In this document: positions 29,266 through 36,871 of the stretch, piece by piece
Layout: each line of letters starts with the position of its first letter
How positions within the stretch are numbered: position 1 is the stretch's first letter
From: a bacterium
GTDB lineage: Bacteria > Patescibacteriota > Minisyncoccia > Moranbacterales > UBA1568
Assembly: GCA_021821305.1 (NCBI GenBank)
Contig: JAKACP010000001.1
Coordinates: 132,934 to 196,933, forward strand
DNA: 64,000 bases
Direction of reading: 5' to 3'
Made by a program: the position numbers and the translations under genes
Notes under the pieces: model-generated
Told to the model about the DNA's origin: nothing
Databases searched by the model: none
The model's input: only the letters and a program-made list of their open reading frames with translations

Positions 29266-29371
29266 CAGGCGAAAAGAATGACTCAAAATAAATGCACATC
29301 ATGCGGAGAGTTCTGGAGCAGGCACCATTGATTTTTTCCGCTGATACGATACAATAGCTCCTGTATCAGCA

Positions 29372-29445
29372 AGAGCCTGTTGAGAAAGTCTCTTTCGTCG
29401 CAATTCCCGGATTGCAGCAGAATACGGACTTTTTCAACAGACTCT
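29372..29445. mobile_element. MITE-like element
   Basis: Terminal inverted repeats AGAGCCTGTTGAGAAAGTC / GACTTTTTCAACAGACTCT; no ORF. Confidence 0.6.
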
Positions 29446-29449
29446 CAGA

Positions 29450-29521
29450 GCCGGGGTAGCTCAGTGGTAGAGCAGAGGACTGAAAATCCTCGTGTCGGCA
29501 GTTCAATTCTGCCCCCCGGCA
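29450..29521 (+). tRNA. tRNA-Phe(GAA)
   Basis: GCCGGGG/CCCCGGC; GAGGA-CTGAAAA-TCCTC. Confidence 0.94.
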
Positions 29522-29583
29522 CAGGCCGTTTTGTGGATAAGGGGTGTATATCCGTTCATTGGAGAGCGATTTCCACAGGTCCT

Positions 29584-29656
29584 GGGACTGTAGCTCAGCG
29601 GTTAGAGCAGGCGGCTCATAACCGCTTGGTCGCTGGTTCGAATCCAGCCAGTCCCA
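29584..29656 (+). tRNA. tRNA with CAT anticodon (probably Ile2; elongator Met not excluded)
   Basis: GGGACTG/CAGTCCC; loop CTCATAA; tilS is present in the window. Confidence 0.88.
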
Positions 29657-29671
29657 CAGAAGCGCAGTAAA

Positions 29672-29743
29672 GCGGGTATCGTATAGCGGCTATTATGTGA
29701 CCTTGCCAAGGTCAAGATACGGGTTCGACTCCCGTTACCCGCT
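29672..29743 (+). tRNA. tRNA-Gly(GCC)
   Basis: GCGGGTA/TACCCGC; TGACC-TTGCCAA-GGTCA. Confidence 0.93.
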
Positions 29744-29751
29744 CAAAAGAG

Positions 29752-29784
29752 GCAAAAAGCGGCACCAAGTGTGCTGTTTTTTGC
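29752..29784 (+). terminator. Intrinsic terminator after the tRNA cluster
   Basis: GCAAAAAGCGGCAC-CAAGT-GTGCTGTTTTTTGC. Confidence 0.7.
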
Positions 29785-29814
29785 TTTAAAATAGGGAAAA
29801 TATGGAAATTATCC

Positions 29815-29843
29815 TTGACAGCGACGAGAAAATCTGCTATACT
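29815..29843 (+). promoter_or_regulatory. Sigma70-type promoter
   Basis: TTGACA-17bp-TATACT. Confidence 0.75.
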
Positions 29844-29939
29844 CCTCCGTTATCGTGAAAACCCGAGAAATCATGGTTTTCCCGGCAACCCGAGCGGGAC
29901 GCAGCCTCGTACGTCTCGGATAAGCATTGAAAGTACGAT

Positions 29940-30521
29940 ATGAGTGGTAAACGCCTGGCGCTGGTCCTCGGAATAGCCATATTCTCATGGGCGAACGTCG
30001 CGAATGCCGAAACCGATATCGAAACCGTCGAAACGAACAACGAGATACTCCGTATTTCGGAGAAAAATACATACGATTTCATGAAGGATCCGTTCCTTCT
30101 CTCGCTCATCCTCATGAAGGAAGACGCGATCGAGACGCCGAAGCCGGAACAGAGTCGCGAAGAGACGCCGGAGGAAAAGATCCTTTCCAAGTGGCGCGTG
30201 AAACAGCAGGACAAGTGGGCGAGCCTTCCGAAAGGAAAGTTCGTCGTCAATGCCTCCGCGTATACCGCCTCGGCTGACGAGTGCGGAAACGACAAGGGCA
30301 TCACGGCCTCCGGCCTGCTTGTCAAGAAAGAGCGGACGCTCGCCTGCCCTCCCGAATTCCCGTTCGGTGCCAAGGTGGCGATCGAAGGAATCGGAGTGCT
30401 CCGCTGCGAAGACCGCGGCGGTGCGATCAAGGGAAATCACTTCGACATCTACATGGAAACCAAGACGGAAGCCTTCGCCTTCGGGCGCAGGAACCTCGTC
30501 GCCGAAGTCGTCCTTGACTAA
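29940..30521 (+). CDS. Exported 3D-domain protein (cell-wall glycosidase-like)
   Basis: Signal peptide; ASAYT, GITASG, PFGAKV, EDRGGAIKGNHFDIY. Confidence 0.88.
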   Translation: MSGKRLALVLGIAIFSWANVANAETDIETVETNNEILRISEKNTYDFMKDPFLLSLILMKEDAIETPKPEQSREETPEEKILSKWRVKQQDKWASLPKGKFVVNASAYTASADECGNDKGITASGLLVKKERTLACPPEFPFGAKVAIEGIGVLRCEDRGGAIKGNHFDIYMETKTEAFAFGRRNLVAEVVLD

Positions 30522-30609
30522 GGCGGCCAATGAAAACGCCCCGGCATCCGTCGGAGCGTTTTTTTGTTGACGCTCACCACTCTCTTTGGTACGCTTGGCA
30601 GGTGGTACC

Positions 30610-30683
30610 GGCCAGGTGTCCGAGCGGTTAGGAAGAGGTCTGCAAAACCTCGTACAGGAGTTCGACTCTCCTCCTGGCCTCCA
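30610..30683 (+). tRNA. tRNA-Cys(GCA)
   Basis: GGCCAGG/CCTGGCC, GAGGT-CTGCAAA-ACCTC, encoded CCA. Confidence 0.93.
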
Positions 30684-30736
30684 GATGAAAATTATGGTAA
30701 TCTTACAGGTGTGACAACCTCTGTAAGTTTGCCATT

Positions 30737-31207
30737 ATGCGGCCTCGAAAATGGACGGATGCCCAGTTGATCGCGGCGGTAAAAAAATTCAAGAGTACCA
30801 GGGCCGTTATCAATGCATTGGGGCTCATCCCTGCCGGAGGAAATTATCTCCAAGTGAAAGAAAGAATACGGGATCTTGGCCTCGACACCTCGCATTTTCT
30901 CGGTATGGGATGGTGCAAAGGGATGTCTTTTGATCGTCCGATGATCCCTCTTGAGAACATTCTTGTCGAAAATTCGTCATATCAGAGTTATAAATTGAAA
31001 AAACGACTCTTCCGTCTGGGCTTGAAGATTCCTAAGTGCGAGGAATGCGGATGGGCGAAGATATCCGCTGATGGCCGGATCCCATTGGAGCTTGACCATA
31101 TCAACGGAAATTCCAGGGATCACCGGATCGGAAACTTACGGGTGCTTTGCCCCAATTGTCATAGCTTGAAGCCGACACATCGTGGAAAAAACAAGAACAG
31201 GAAGTAG
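30737..31207 (+). CDS. HNH endonuclease
   Basis: CEECG, LELDHINGNSRDHRIGNLRVLCPNCHS. Confidence 0.9.
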   Translation: MRPRKWTDAQLIAAVKKFKSTRAVINALGLIPAGGNYLQVKERIRDLGLDTSHFLGMGWCKGMSFDRPMIPLENILVENSSYQSYKLKKRLFRLGLKIPKCEECGWAKISADGRIPLELDHINGNSRDHRIGNLRVLCPNCHSLKPTHRGKNKNRK

Positions 31208-31215
31208 TTTGTTTC

Positions 31216-31297
31216 GGGTCGGTGGTGGAACTGGCATACACGCGACACTTAAAATGTCGTGCCGAAAGGCTTGAGGGTTCGACTCCCTCCCGACCCA
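31216..31297 (+). tRNA. tRNA-Leu(TAA)
   Basis: GGGTCGG/CCGACCC; CGACA-CTTAAAA-TGTCG; variable arm GCCGAAAGGC. Confidence 0.93.
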
Positions 31298-31397
31298 CAG
31301 AGCTTTTTCTTTCGTATCTGACGCTGGACGAAATATTCACTTTCTGTTAGGCTTTTCGGAAGTTCTTTTTCAACCGAAACTGTTAGGAGGGTGCAAC

Positions 31398-32507
31398 ATG
31401 ATACTAGGAACAGGTGTTCTATCCGATCGGATGATTCGGGTACTCGTGGCTGATGGCCATATAAGGAATGCGAAGGATGCGAATGTAAGTCCAGCCTCGC
31501 TCGATCTCTCAATCAGTCGGGAAATATACCGTATCACGAGCTCCGCTTTGCCCATCAAGGGACAGTCGATCCGCGACCTTATGAAAATCCTCGGGGTAGT
31601 TCCAATGCATCCGGGTGAAATTTTCGAACCGGGGACGATGTACCTTGCGAGAGCGAACGAGTCGTTCGCTCTTCCTGATGACATCTACGGATACTGTAAC
31701 CCGAAGTCATCGGTCGGACGGGACGGGCTTCTTGTCCGCGTTATTACTGATGGCGTCGATGGGTTTGACTCCATTCCGACAGGGGTGAGTGAGCTCACGG
31801 GGAAGCCGCGAAATCCATGGTTTCTCATCTCGCCGACAGTTATGCCGATACGGATGTTTCCTGGAGAAACGCTTGCACAGGTACGGTTCTTCACTTGGGA
31901 CACACGGCTTGACCAGCAAGAGATGGAACGGCTTTATCGCAAACAACCGCTCTTCTTTGATGAAAGTGGAAAGCCGATTCCGTGGGAGAGCGTAACATGT
32001 TCGAAGGACGGGGCGCTTGCAGTCACACTTGATCTTCGCCCCGGGAAGGTCATCGGCTGGCGGTGCAAGGAAAGTCGCCAGGTGGTTGATTATTCCACCA
32101 CCCAGAAAACGGAAGAATATTTTGATCCGGTTATCGCGGACAAAAATAGCGGTGTTCTTCTTAAGAAGGGAGGCTTCTATATCCTTGGGACGGAACAAAA
32201 CATTCTTGTCCCGCCAGAGTTTGCCTGCGAAGTGAAAGCGGTCACGAAGCGGTACGCTCATGCTGATATCCACGCCGCTGGCTTTGCAGAAGGCGGGTGG
32301 GGAAAGAGAAAGGACGGGCGAGGTCTCGGCAGGCGCATTACCCTCGAAGTCTGGCCGCACGAAGACTGGTATATTCAGTCGGGACAGCTTATCGGAGAAC
32401 TCAGTTATGAATGCATGATTGAACCGCCGCTTGTCCACTATGATGAGAAAGAGACGAGTCACTACCGTCATCAGAAGGGAGCGCTCCCCTCCAAACGGTT
32501 CGTGTGA
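31398..32507 (+). CDS. dCTP deaminase, long (duplicated-domain) form
   Basis: PASLDL, NPKSSVGR, HAAGF...G, TLEV, HYRHQ.G. Confidence 0.8.
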   Translation: MILGTGVLSDRMIRVLVADGHIRNAKDANVSPASLDLSISREIYRITSSALPIKGQSIRDLMKILGVVPMHPGEIFEPGTMYLARANESFALPDDIYGYCNPKSSVGRDGLLVRVITDGVDGFDSIPTGVSELTGKPRNPWFLISPTVMPIRMFPGETLAQVRFFTWDTRLDQQEMERLYRKQPLFFDESGKPIPWESVTCSKDGALAVTLDLRPGKVIGWRCKESRQVVDYSTTQKTEEYFDPVIADKNSGVLLKKGGFYILGTEQNILVPPEFACEVKAVTKRYAHADIHAAGFAEGGWGKRKDGRGLGRRITLEVWPHEDWYIQSGQLIGELSYECMIEPPLVHYDEKETSHYRHQKGALPSKRFV

Positions 32508-32527
32508 TTTCAAAAACCCCGACCTGG

Positions 32528-33139
32528 TCAATCCAGTTCGGGGTCCTTTTTTATCTTCTCGAGCAACTTCGGAATCCTGCCGAAATCCTCGATGAGCGTG
32601 GCCCGCATTCCTCCGTTGTAGAGCGCGGCCGCCGGATGGTAGAGGACGTAGAAGGTATGTTGTCCGATTCCGGGGAGGTCGCAGCGGAACGCATGCCCGT
32701 GCACTTCGGATATCTTCGCGTCCGGGAAGAAACGGTTGAGCGCGTGCCGCCCGAGCGTCACGATGATCTTCGGTTCGATGAGCGCTATCTGCTCGCGGAG
32801 CCACTCCGCGCAATCCTCGATCTCCTCGGGAGTGGGATCGCGATTGTCCGGCGGGCGATACTTCACGACGTTGGTTATGTAGATATCCTCGCGCGCCATC
32901 CCGATCGAGCCGAGCATGGTCTCGAGGAATTTCCCCGCGGCGCCGACGAACGGTTCCCCTTTCAGATCCTCGTTCTTCCCCGGCGCTTCGCCGATGAACA
33001 GGATGTCGGCATCGGCGCTCCCCTTGCCGGGGACGGCCTGCGTCGCGGTTTCTTTCAGCGCGCAGTGGCACTCCTTCGCCATGCGGGCATTGAGATCGTC
33101 GAGGAGCTTTTCTTTTATTTCAGATACGGAATTGTTCAT
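32528..33139 (-). CDS. Uracil-DNA glycosylase family 4
   Basis: IGEAPGKNED..GEPFVG, NVVKYRPP.NRDP, YHPAA. Confidence 0.93.
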   Translation of the reverse strand: MNNSVSEIKEKLLDDLNARMAKECHCALKETATQAVPGKGSADADILFIGEAPGKNEDLKGEPFVGAAGKFLETMLGSIGMAREDIYITNVVKYRPPDNRDPTPEEIEDCAEWLREQIALIEPKIIVTLGRHALNRFFPDAKISEVHGHAFRCDLPGIGQHTFYVLYHPAAALYNGGMRATLIEDFGRIPKLLEKIKKDPELD

Positions 33140-33160
33140 AACTCGTGCACAACGCGCGTA

Positions 33161-34144
33161 TCAGCGGACTTCCCATCCTTGCGGCGTCTCGACGATGGTG
33201 CCGGGAATCTCGAATCCGCCCGCGAGCGCGTGTCCTCCCCCGCCGAGATCTCTCGCGATCGAGGAGACGTCCACGTTCTTGTGCGGTTCGCTTCGGAGAC
33301 TGCCGCGGACGATCCCTGGCTGCAGCTGATAGAAGAGGAGGGAGAACTTCGCATCGGGCACGGCGTTGAGCAGTGTCGATGCGATGTAGAGATCTTCCGT
33401 CGAGGGGTTGCCGAGTTCCTCTATGTCACGTTCCGTGATCGCGGAATAGATCATGCCGTTTCCGGAATTGATCCGCGCGCGCGACAACGCTTTCCCCCAC
33501 AGCTGCAGTGTCGATATCTTGTTGTTCGCGAAGACGTCCGATGTGATCTTCTGAAGCTGTGCGCCTTTCTGTATGAGTGTCGATACCGCCGCGAACGTAT
33601 CGAGGCTGGTGCAGGAATGTTGGAGGTTTCCGGTGTCGCCGAGAATTCCCATGAGGAGCGGGGTCGCCATCTTCGGAGTGATGGTGATATTTTCCGTCTG
33701 AAAAAAGTGGAAGAGCATCTCGCATGACGATGACATCGTGTCATCGATGATGACGATATCGCCGGTCATGCGGATGTTCGGGTGGTGGTCGACGAGCACG
33801 ATGACCTGTTCTTCCCGGAAGCGTTCCTTCAGAAGTTGGAATCCCCTGTCGACGCTGTCGGAGGCGATGACGGCGTCGTATGTCTCGACCGGGAGCGCGT
33901 CGGGATCGCGGAAGACGATGCCCGGGAACAGCTCAGCCGCGAATTCCGGAAGACGGTCAAAACAAGCGATGTCGGCTTTTTTCCCGAGCGATCGGATATA
34001 TTCACGAAGAGCGATGCTCGCCCCGACCGCGTCGGGATCCGGCCGGGTATGAGCGAAAAGGAGCACGCTCTCCGCATTCCGTATGACGTAGTGAAGATTT
34101 CGGAATTCGGAAGAAAAATCCTGCATAACCCGTGTATAACTCAA
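33161..34144 (-). CDS. nrnA: DHH/DHHA1 nanoRNase/pAp phosphatase (start may be slightly downstream)
   Basis: H.RPDPDAVG, DHH, DTGN, GGGGHALAGG; follows rbfA. Confidence 0.9.
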   Translation of the reverse strand: MSYTRVMQDFSSEFRNLHYVIRNAESVLLFAHTRPDPDAVGASIALREYIRSLGKKADIACFDRLPEFAAELFPGIVFRDPDALPVETYDAVIASDSVDRGFQLLKERFREEQVIVLVDHHPNIRMTGDIVIIDDTMSSSCEMLFHFFQTENITITPKMATPLLMGILGDTGNLQHSCTSLDTFAAVSTLIQKGAQLQKITSDVFANNKISTLQLWGKALSRARINSGNGMIYSAITERDIEELGNPSTEDLYIASTLLNAVPDAKFSLLFYQLQPGIVRGSLRSEPHKNVDVSSIARDLGGGGHALAGGFEIPGTIVETPQGWEVR

Positions 34145-34485
34145 ATTTCCCCTTTCTCAAGGCCTTTCAGGATGCGCTCGATCTCATCCGCCTTGCTCTC
34201 CGTCGGGTCGAAAGAGAAGGAAAGCTTCGGAAGCGGCTTCATATACAGCTTCTCGTGGAGCGCTTTCTGGATGGAGTGCTTCTCGTTCGCTATGGTCTTC
34301 ATGACATAGCGCTCTTCCGATTCCGGAAAGACGCTGACCAGGACGTCCGATCGCCTGAGATCGGGGGTAGTGTCGACTTTCGTGATCGTCGCGAGCACGC
34401 CGGGTTTTAGATTGACCTCATGGGCGAAGATTTCCCCAAGATGGGCCCGTATGAGCTCGTTTATCTGTATGATTCGTTTTGACAT
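34141..34485 (-). CDS. rbfA: Ribosome-binding factor A
   Basis: MSKRIIQINELIR, TITKVDTTPDL, PKLSF.FD. Confidence 0.9.
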   Translation of the reverse strand: MSKRIIQINELIRAHLGEIFAHEVNLKPGVLATITKVDTTPDLRRSDVLVSVFPESEERYVMKTIANEKHSIQKALHEKLYMKPLPKLSFSFDPTESKADEIERILKGLEKGEI

Positions 34486-34595
34486 AGGCAAAAGGTGAAA
34501 TCGTTCTATCTTGAAGCAAGAGAGCGTTTTTGTCAAAGGTCGGTAAAAATCCGATTTCTTGGCGTTTGATGGACGCCTTTGCCCGACGATGGTTG

Positions 34596-34667
34596 TGCCC
34601 CCAGAGGGAATCGAACCCCCATCTCTCCCTTAGGACGGGATAGCTCTATCCATTGAGCTATGGAGGC
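34596..34667 (-). tRNA. tRNA-Arg(CCT)
   Basis: Reverse complement GCCTCCA...loop GTCCTAA...GTTCGATTC...TGGGGGC. Confidence 0.88.
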
Positions 34668-34679
34668 AGGATGGCTATG

Positions 34680-34752
34680 TGGACCGTACCGGATTCGAAC
34701 CGGTGACCTCCTCCATGCCATGGAGGCGCTCTACCAACTGAGCCAACGGCCC
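34680..34752 (-). tRNA. tRNA-Ala(GGC)
   Basis: Reverse complement GGGCCGT/ACGGTCC (G3:U70); CCTCC-ATGGCAT-GGAGG. Confidence 0.93.
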
Positions 34753-34849
34753 TGATTTGACTACCCGAAGTGTTATCTATGGTATATCGAATCGTTTCTT
34801 CCGTCAATTTTGTTTTACAGAGTGTGGGCCGCTTTTATGATTAAAATAT

Positions 34850-34878
34850 ATTAAACAATAAATAATATAAAATGTCAA
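34850..34878 (-). promoter_or_regulatory. Outward-facing sigma70-type promoter left of the parS array
   Basis: TTGACA-17bp-TTTAAT on the minus strand. Confidence 0.6.
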
Positions 34879-34884
34879 GTATAT

Positions 34885-35540
34885 TGTTCCACGTGGAACA
34901 TTACACTCTTGTCTTTACGATTGCCAGTTACTCAGATTCAATTTGATATTGTTCCACGTGGAACAATTCTATCGCGACTTTTCTTTGAAGATGTATAAAA
35001 GAAGGACGTGCAAATGTTCCACGTGGAACAAATGTTTTTATATGCGTTGAGTTAAAATGTTCCACGTGGAACATTCTTATGAACATCCATAGATCAGTTC
35101 GGCTCATTCTTAATTGTTCCACGTGGAACAATTGGTCGATATTTTTTTGTGCCTTAAATAAAGAAATTGGTTAATTGTTCGCTTCAAGATAAAGATCATC
35201 GGCATAATGTTCCACGTGGAACAAATATTCAAATAAAAGAAATCGACTCCCAATACCTTAAATTGTTCCACGTGGAACAATTTATTCCTACTCTCTCATC
35301 CATATTAAATTCAAAAACACAAAATGTTCCACGTGGAACATTTTTGTAATATTAAAAACCAGGATATGTTCCACGTGGAACAATTAAGAGAATTTGTTTA
35401 CAACGTCACCTTTCATATGGATTTTGTTCCACGTGGAACAAAATCAGGGAATTCTTAAATCCCTAGAGATCTGCATGTCCGTCACAATGTTCCACGTGGA
35501 ACATTGTTGCTCCTGGGCGCCTTATGTTCCACGTGGAACA
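34885..35540. repeat. parS: Array of 12 perfect parS palindromes TGTTCCACGTGGAACA
   Basis: Starts at 34885, 34950, 35015, 35058, 35115, 35208, 35264, 35325, 35367, 35425, 35488, 35525; matches the ParB/Spo0J parS consensus. Confidence 0.93.
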
Positions 35541-35555
35541 ATCTTGATAGATATA

Positions 35556-35584
35556 TTGACAAAATATATATATTATTGTATAAT
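35556..35584 (+). promoter_or_regulatory. Outward-facing consensus sigma70 promoter right of the parS array
   Basis: TTGACA-17bp-TATAAT. Confidence 0.65.
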
Positions 35585-35830
35585 ATAATACTTGAAAGGA
35601 TCACTCGACTTTATTTCATATATATAGAGAGCCACCGAATCATCCTGACTCCGGATTTTCAAATCGGTATCCTTTCGAGAAAAGAGTGGGTGGTTTCTCG
35701 GAATTCGGCATGCGTGGTGTGCTCGAATCGGTGTCCCAGTGATTTACGCATCTTGGCATGACTTGCGTGCATGACGGCTATTGTCGTATCCCTCCAAAAG
35801 TGCTATAATGGAGTCAAACAAAATTCTCGT

Positions 35831-36838
35831 ATGGAAAAGACGGACAACCGAAACGCTCTCGCCGGGATGAGAAAGCATTTTTTCGTTTTATTCGGCCTAC
35901 TCTTCTTGAGTGGAGCCTTTTTTGTTTCCGCCGCGGAGGAAATGACCGGAAAAAATATCGTCGAAGATCCCGACCAGGACGGATTGACGACCGCAGAGGA
36001 AAAACTGTATGGAACCGATCCGATGAACCGTGATTCCGATGGTGACGGATATTCCGATGGCGTCGAAATCAAAGGCGGCTATGACCCGCTCAAGAAAGCT
36101 CCCGGAGATAAGATCATCCCGGATCAGGAAACCGATGCGGACGATGCGGGGGAATTCGGAATCGGCGGTGACAATCTCACCGAGCAGGTTTCCGAGAAGA
36201 TAGCGGCGCTCGTTCAGGAAAACAGTTCCGGTGAAGATGAGAATGCGGAAGTGTCCCTCGAGGAAATCAATCTTCTGGCTCAGAACCTGTCCGCCGGGAA
36301 CGTCGAGGAAGTGGTGCTCCCCGAAATCGATACCGATACCATCAAGGTGAAGAAGCAGTCGTACAAGAATCTTTCCGATGAAAAACGCGAGGAGCGGATC
36401 AAGGAAGATATCACCGAATATCTGACTATCATCGCCTACATCTTCGCGAACAACTCGCCGGAGCCGTTCGGGACGGATGATGAATTCAAGGACATGTCGA
36501 CGTCGCTTGTCGACAGCGCTTTGTCATCGATCTCGCTCGGCAACGTCGCCCAGCTGAACTCTCTCGCGGAAAACGGGGAGAAGGTGCTCGCGCAGATATA
36601 TGAGGTGGAGGTTCCCGAACAGATGCTCGATGTGCATGTGAAGGCGATCAAGCTCGCCAAATACGCGACCACGCTCAAGGGGGAACTCGCGGTCGACCCG
36701 GACTCCGATCCGATGAAGATGATCGCCTCGCTTTCGAAGGTGCAAGGCTTCCTGAACATCGTCGTTTCCTTCACGACGGAGATACAGTCGAAACTCTCCG
36801 AATATGGGATTTCGGAAATTCCTCTCGACATCAATTAA
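35831..36838 (+). CDS. Membrane-anchored protein with TSP3-like Ca-binding repeats (start uncertain)
   Basis: TM helix followed by DPDQDGL...YGTDP...DSDGDGYSDG.E...GYDP. Confidence 0.78.
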   Translation: MEKTDNRNALAGMRKHFFVLFGLLFLSGAFFVSAAEEMTGKNIVEDPDQDGLTTAEEKLYGTDPMNRDSDGDGYSDGVEIKGGYDPLKKAPGDKIIPDQETDADDAGEFGIGGDNLTEQVSEKIAALVQENSSGEDENAEVSLEEINLLAQNLSAGNVEEVVLPEIDTDTIKVKKQSYKNLSDEKREERIKEDITEYLTIIAYIFANNSPEPFGTDDEFKDMSTSLVDSALSSISLGNVAQLNSLAENGEKVLAQIYEVEVPEQMLDVHVKAIKLAKYATTLKGELAVDPDSDPMKMIASLSKVQGFLNIVVSFTTEIQSKLSEYGISEIPLDIN

Positions 36839-36871
36839 CCGAGGCTCCTCGGACCGCATCACCGACTTATT

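Noticed and set aside
34885-35540. CRISPR array
   Set aside because: The repeat is only 16 bp, is a perfect palindrome equal to the parS consensus, has spacers from 21 to 77 bp, and no cas genes are in the window.
34928-35588. Short ORFs with repeated MFHVEH/VPRGT peptides
   Set aside because: These are translations of the parS palindrome, not proteins.
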